DNA from: Candidatus Micrarchaeota archaeon
GTDB taxonomy: Archaea > Micrarchaeota > Micrarchaeia > Anstonellales > Anstonellaceae
Assembly: GCA_023248665.1 (NCBI GenBank)
Contig: JAHFEC010000001.1
Coordinates: 1-26,140 of the forward strand
Length of the DNA stretch: 26,140 bases
Direction of reading: 5' to 3'
A program made the translations under genes and the position numbers. Positions 24,319 through 26,140 of the stretch are shown in pieces. The notes under the pieces are model-generated. The model saw only the letters and a program-made list of their open reading frames with translations. It searched no databases and was not told the DNA's origin. Position 1 is the stretch's first letter. Every line of letters begins with the position of its first letter.

Positions 24319-24735
24319 ATGTTTATGCAGGATTTCCAGAGCCCCGGGCGCAAGAAACCGCTTGAGGGCCAGCCGCTTTCTTCCGGGATAGCCAAAGAAG
24401 TCCTTCCGGTCAAACCCATCATTCTTGCCCCAGGCAACGGCGAATTCAACAACGCGCAGAAAGGGATGAACGCCTGCATTGCCCCTTTCCTGAAAGCCGA
24501 AACCAGCCCGTCCGAATACCACGATTTTCTTTCATCCATCGTCAATGGAAAAAAAGCCGGCAAGATTTACGTGATGCCCGATTCCCTGACAGCCAGTTAT
24601 GGAAAACTTCTGGTGACCGTCGGCATCCCGTCCGGGCGCATCACCACGCTGACCATCAATGACGGCAAGAAATTGCAGAGTCATTTTGTCCAGAACGGCC
24701 CGTCCGTCTCCGTTTACTCTGCGAACTCTGCTTGA
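24319..24735 (+). CDS. Hypothetical protein
   Basis: 138-aa ORF filling the gap between genes, TTTTTAAA about 25 nt upstream; no family recognised. Confidence 0.55.
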   Translation: MFMQDFQSPGRKKPLEGQPLSSGIAKEVLPVKPIILAPGNGEFNNAQKGMNACIAPFLKAETSPSEYHDFLSSIVNGKKAGKIYVMPDSLTASYGKLLVTVGIPSGRITTLTINDGKKLQSHFVQNGPSVSVYSANSA

Positions 24736-24777
24736 GTTCTGTGGCATGAAAACAGGCCGGGTTTTTTCAAATCCTTC

Positions 24778-25692
24778 TTACATCTGCCTGAGCGCTTTTA
24801 TCCGCTCTTCAAGCGGCGGATGCGTCGAGAAAAGGTTCCCGATGCTTTGCGCAAGCGATTTCTTGCTCTCCTTCCCTCCCAACGGGTCCGAGATGAACAG
24901 CGGCGCGGTGGCGCTGTTCGCGTTGCGCATGGGGCTCGCCCCTTTCAGCTTCTCCAGCGCGGAGGCGAGTCCATCCGGGTTCCGGCTCAGCTGCGCCCCT
25001 GATGCGTCGGCCAGAAATTCGCGCTGGCGCGAGATGGCCAAGCGCACCAACTGTGCCAATATGGGTCCGAGGATGATGAGCACAATGCCAAACAGCATCA
25101 ATATTCCGCCCCCGCCGCCCCGGTCACGCTCGCCGTCATTTCTCATCGAGCCGAAGAAGAACACGCGCGAGATTATGTTGGCCAGTATGGCCACCAAACC
25201 CACCAGCACGATGACCACGGTCATGAAGCGCGTGTCGAAATTTCGGATGTGGCTCATCTCGTGCGAGAGCACGCCTTCCAATTGCGTCCTGTTCATGATG
25301 GAAAGAAGCCCGCTCGTCACGGCCAGGGACGCGTGGGCCGGATCCCGGCCCGTGGCGAAGGCGTTGGGCGAGGGATCGTCGATGACGTATAACTTGGGTT
25401 TCGGTATTCCGGCGGCCAGCGCGAGGCCCTCGACCGTGTTGACGAGATAAGCCTGTTGGCGCTCGTCGGCCGGGTGCGCGCCCGACACGGCCAGCACCAC
25501 CGAATCCCCGAAGAAGTAGCCCCCGAGCGAATACGCAAGGGCAAAAACAATGGCGACCGGGAAAATCCACTCGCCTCCGTAAAACAGGTTGGAGGCGACC
25601 AGGCCCAAACCGGCGATGAGCGGGATGAACGCCAAGACGAGCCCGTAAGAGTAGAGCTTGTTCTTGCGCTGCACGTCCCAGAAGCTAGCCAT
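24778..25692 (-). CDS. htpX: HtpX-like M48 zinc metalloprotease
   Basis: PNAFATG, HEMSH, REFLAD, THPPLEERI; SD AGGTGA before ATG 25692. Confidence 0.95.
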   Translation of the reverse strand: MASFWDVQRKNKLYSYGLVLAFIPLIAGLGLVASNLFYGGEWIFPVAIVFALAYSLGGYFFGDSVVLAVSGAHPADERQQAYLVNTVEGLALAAGIPKPKLYVIDDPSPNAFATGRDPAHASLAVTSGLLSIMNRTQLEGVLSHEMSHIRNFDTRFMTVVIVLVGLVAILANIISRVFFFGSMRNDGERDRGGGGGILMLFGIVLIILGPILAQLVRLAISRQREFLADASGAQLSRNPDGLASALEKLKGASPMRNANSATAPLFISDPLGGKESKKSLAQSIGNLFSTHPPLEERIKALRQM

Positions 25693-25728
25693 GCGATTCA
25701 CCTGTTCGGCCCTCCTGCTTTCGGCGCA

Positions 25729-26139
25729 TTAGTGTTTGAGTTTTGGGGCCTCGACATTTATGTTCTGCGTTGTTTTAACGTCTGCGCTAAGCACGCCATT
25801 TTGCACGGTTGGCGGGAATGACAGTATGCTTTTGAGCAGGCCCATTTTCGCGTTATCTGGCTTAGGCTCGTATCTCACAATCACTCCATCGGGGGATTCT
25901 TCAACCTTGACTACCGGGCTGAGAAGGTTAAACAGCTTGTCTTGCAAGCCGCTCAGCACGCCTTGCGACTCGTCCTCTGCATATTTTGGGTACGATGTGA
26001 AGCTCAGAGCCTCCTTATTTATTTTCGAGAGGTCCATGTATGCCGACCGCAATTCCTGAAATTGGCGCTTGGTGATGTCGATTTGGGCCGTTCCATCTGT
26101 CCCCATCAGTACAAGATGATAGCTTCCCTTGAATTCATC
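25729..26139 (-). CDS. Hypothetical protein, 5' end probably outside the window
   Basis: Frame is open from the window edge (DEFKGSYHLVLMGTDG...) to the stop at 25729. Confidence 0.6.
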   Translation of the reverse strand, partial: DEFKGSYHLVLMGTDGTAQIDITKRQFQELRSAYMDLSKINKEALSFTSYPKYAEDESQGVLSGLQDKLFNLLSPVVKVEESPDGVIVRYEPKPDNAKMGLLKSILSFPPTVQNGVLSADVKTTQNINVEAPKLKH

Positions 26140-26140
26140 C

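Noticed and set aside
25729-26140. LemA, the usual htpX neighbour
   Set aside because: No LemA motifs or N-terminal membrane helix in the visible part.

Overview
GC-rich archaeal chromosome segment, most likely DPANN/Micrarchaeota (inferred from archaeal-type aIF5B, RFC-L, RecJ/GAN, DRG and DUF63, TATA boxes about 22-30 nt before start codons, an LLFGC lipobox and a VirB2-like pilin). It holds housekeeping genes (Dus, cyclophilin, tRNA-Pro, tRNA-Ala, RecJ-like DHH nuclease, RFC large subunit, M42 peptidase, RNase Z, DRG GTPase, HtpX), three toxin-antitoxin loci (AbiE, VapBC, MazEF) with operator-like repeats, and one complete TnpB-only IS605-group element. The element's ends, guide/cleavage tetranucleotides and TAM (TTAG) can be read from the sequence; it sits just before a host stop codon and supplies a replacement stop. 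Other oddities: an aIF5B gene lacking its GTPase half, a HEAT-repeat/OB-fold fusion next to RecJ and a degenerate RFC-L, a palindromic 32-bp tandem array upstream of a duplicated CC1-like chromatin protein, several apparent pseudo-enzymes (LAGLIDADG, MBL, MazF with an E24A-equivalent), and a divergent secretion ATPase near a Cys-rich adhesin/pilin operon. No database searches were possible; family calls rest on recognised motifs.
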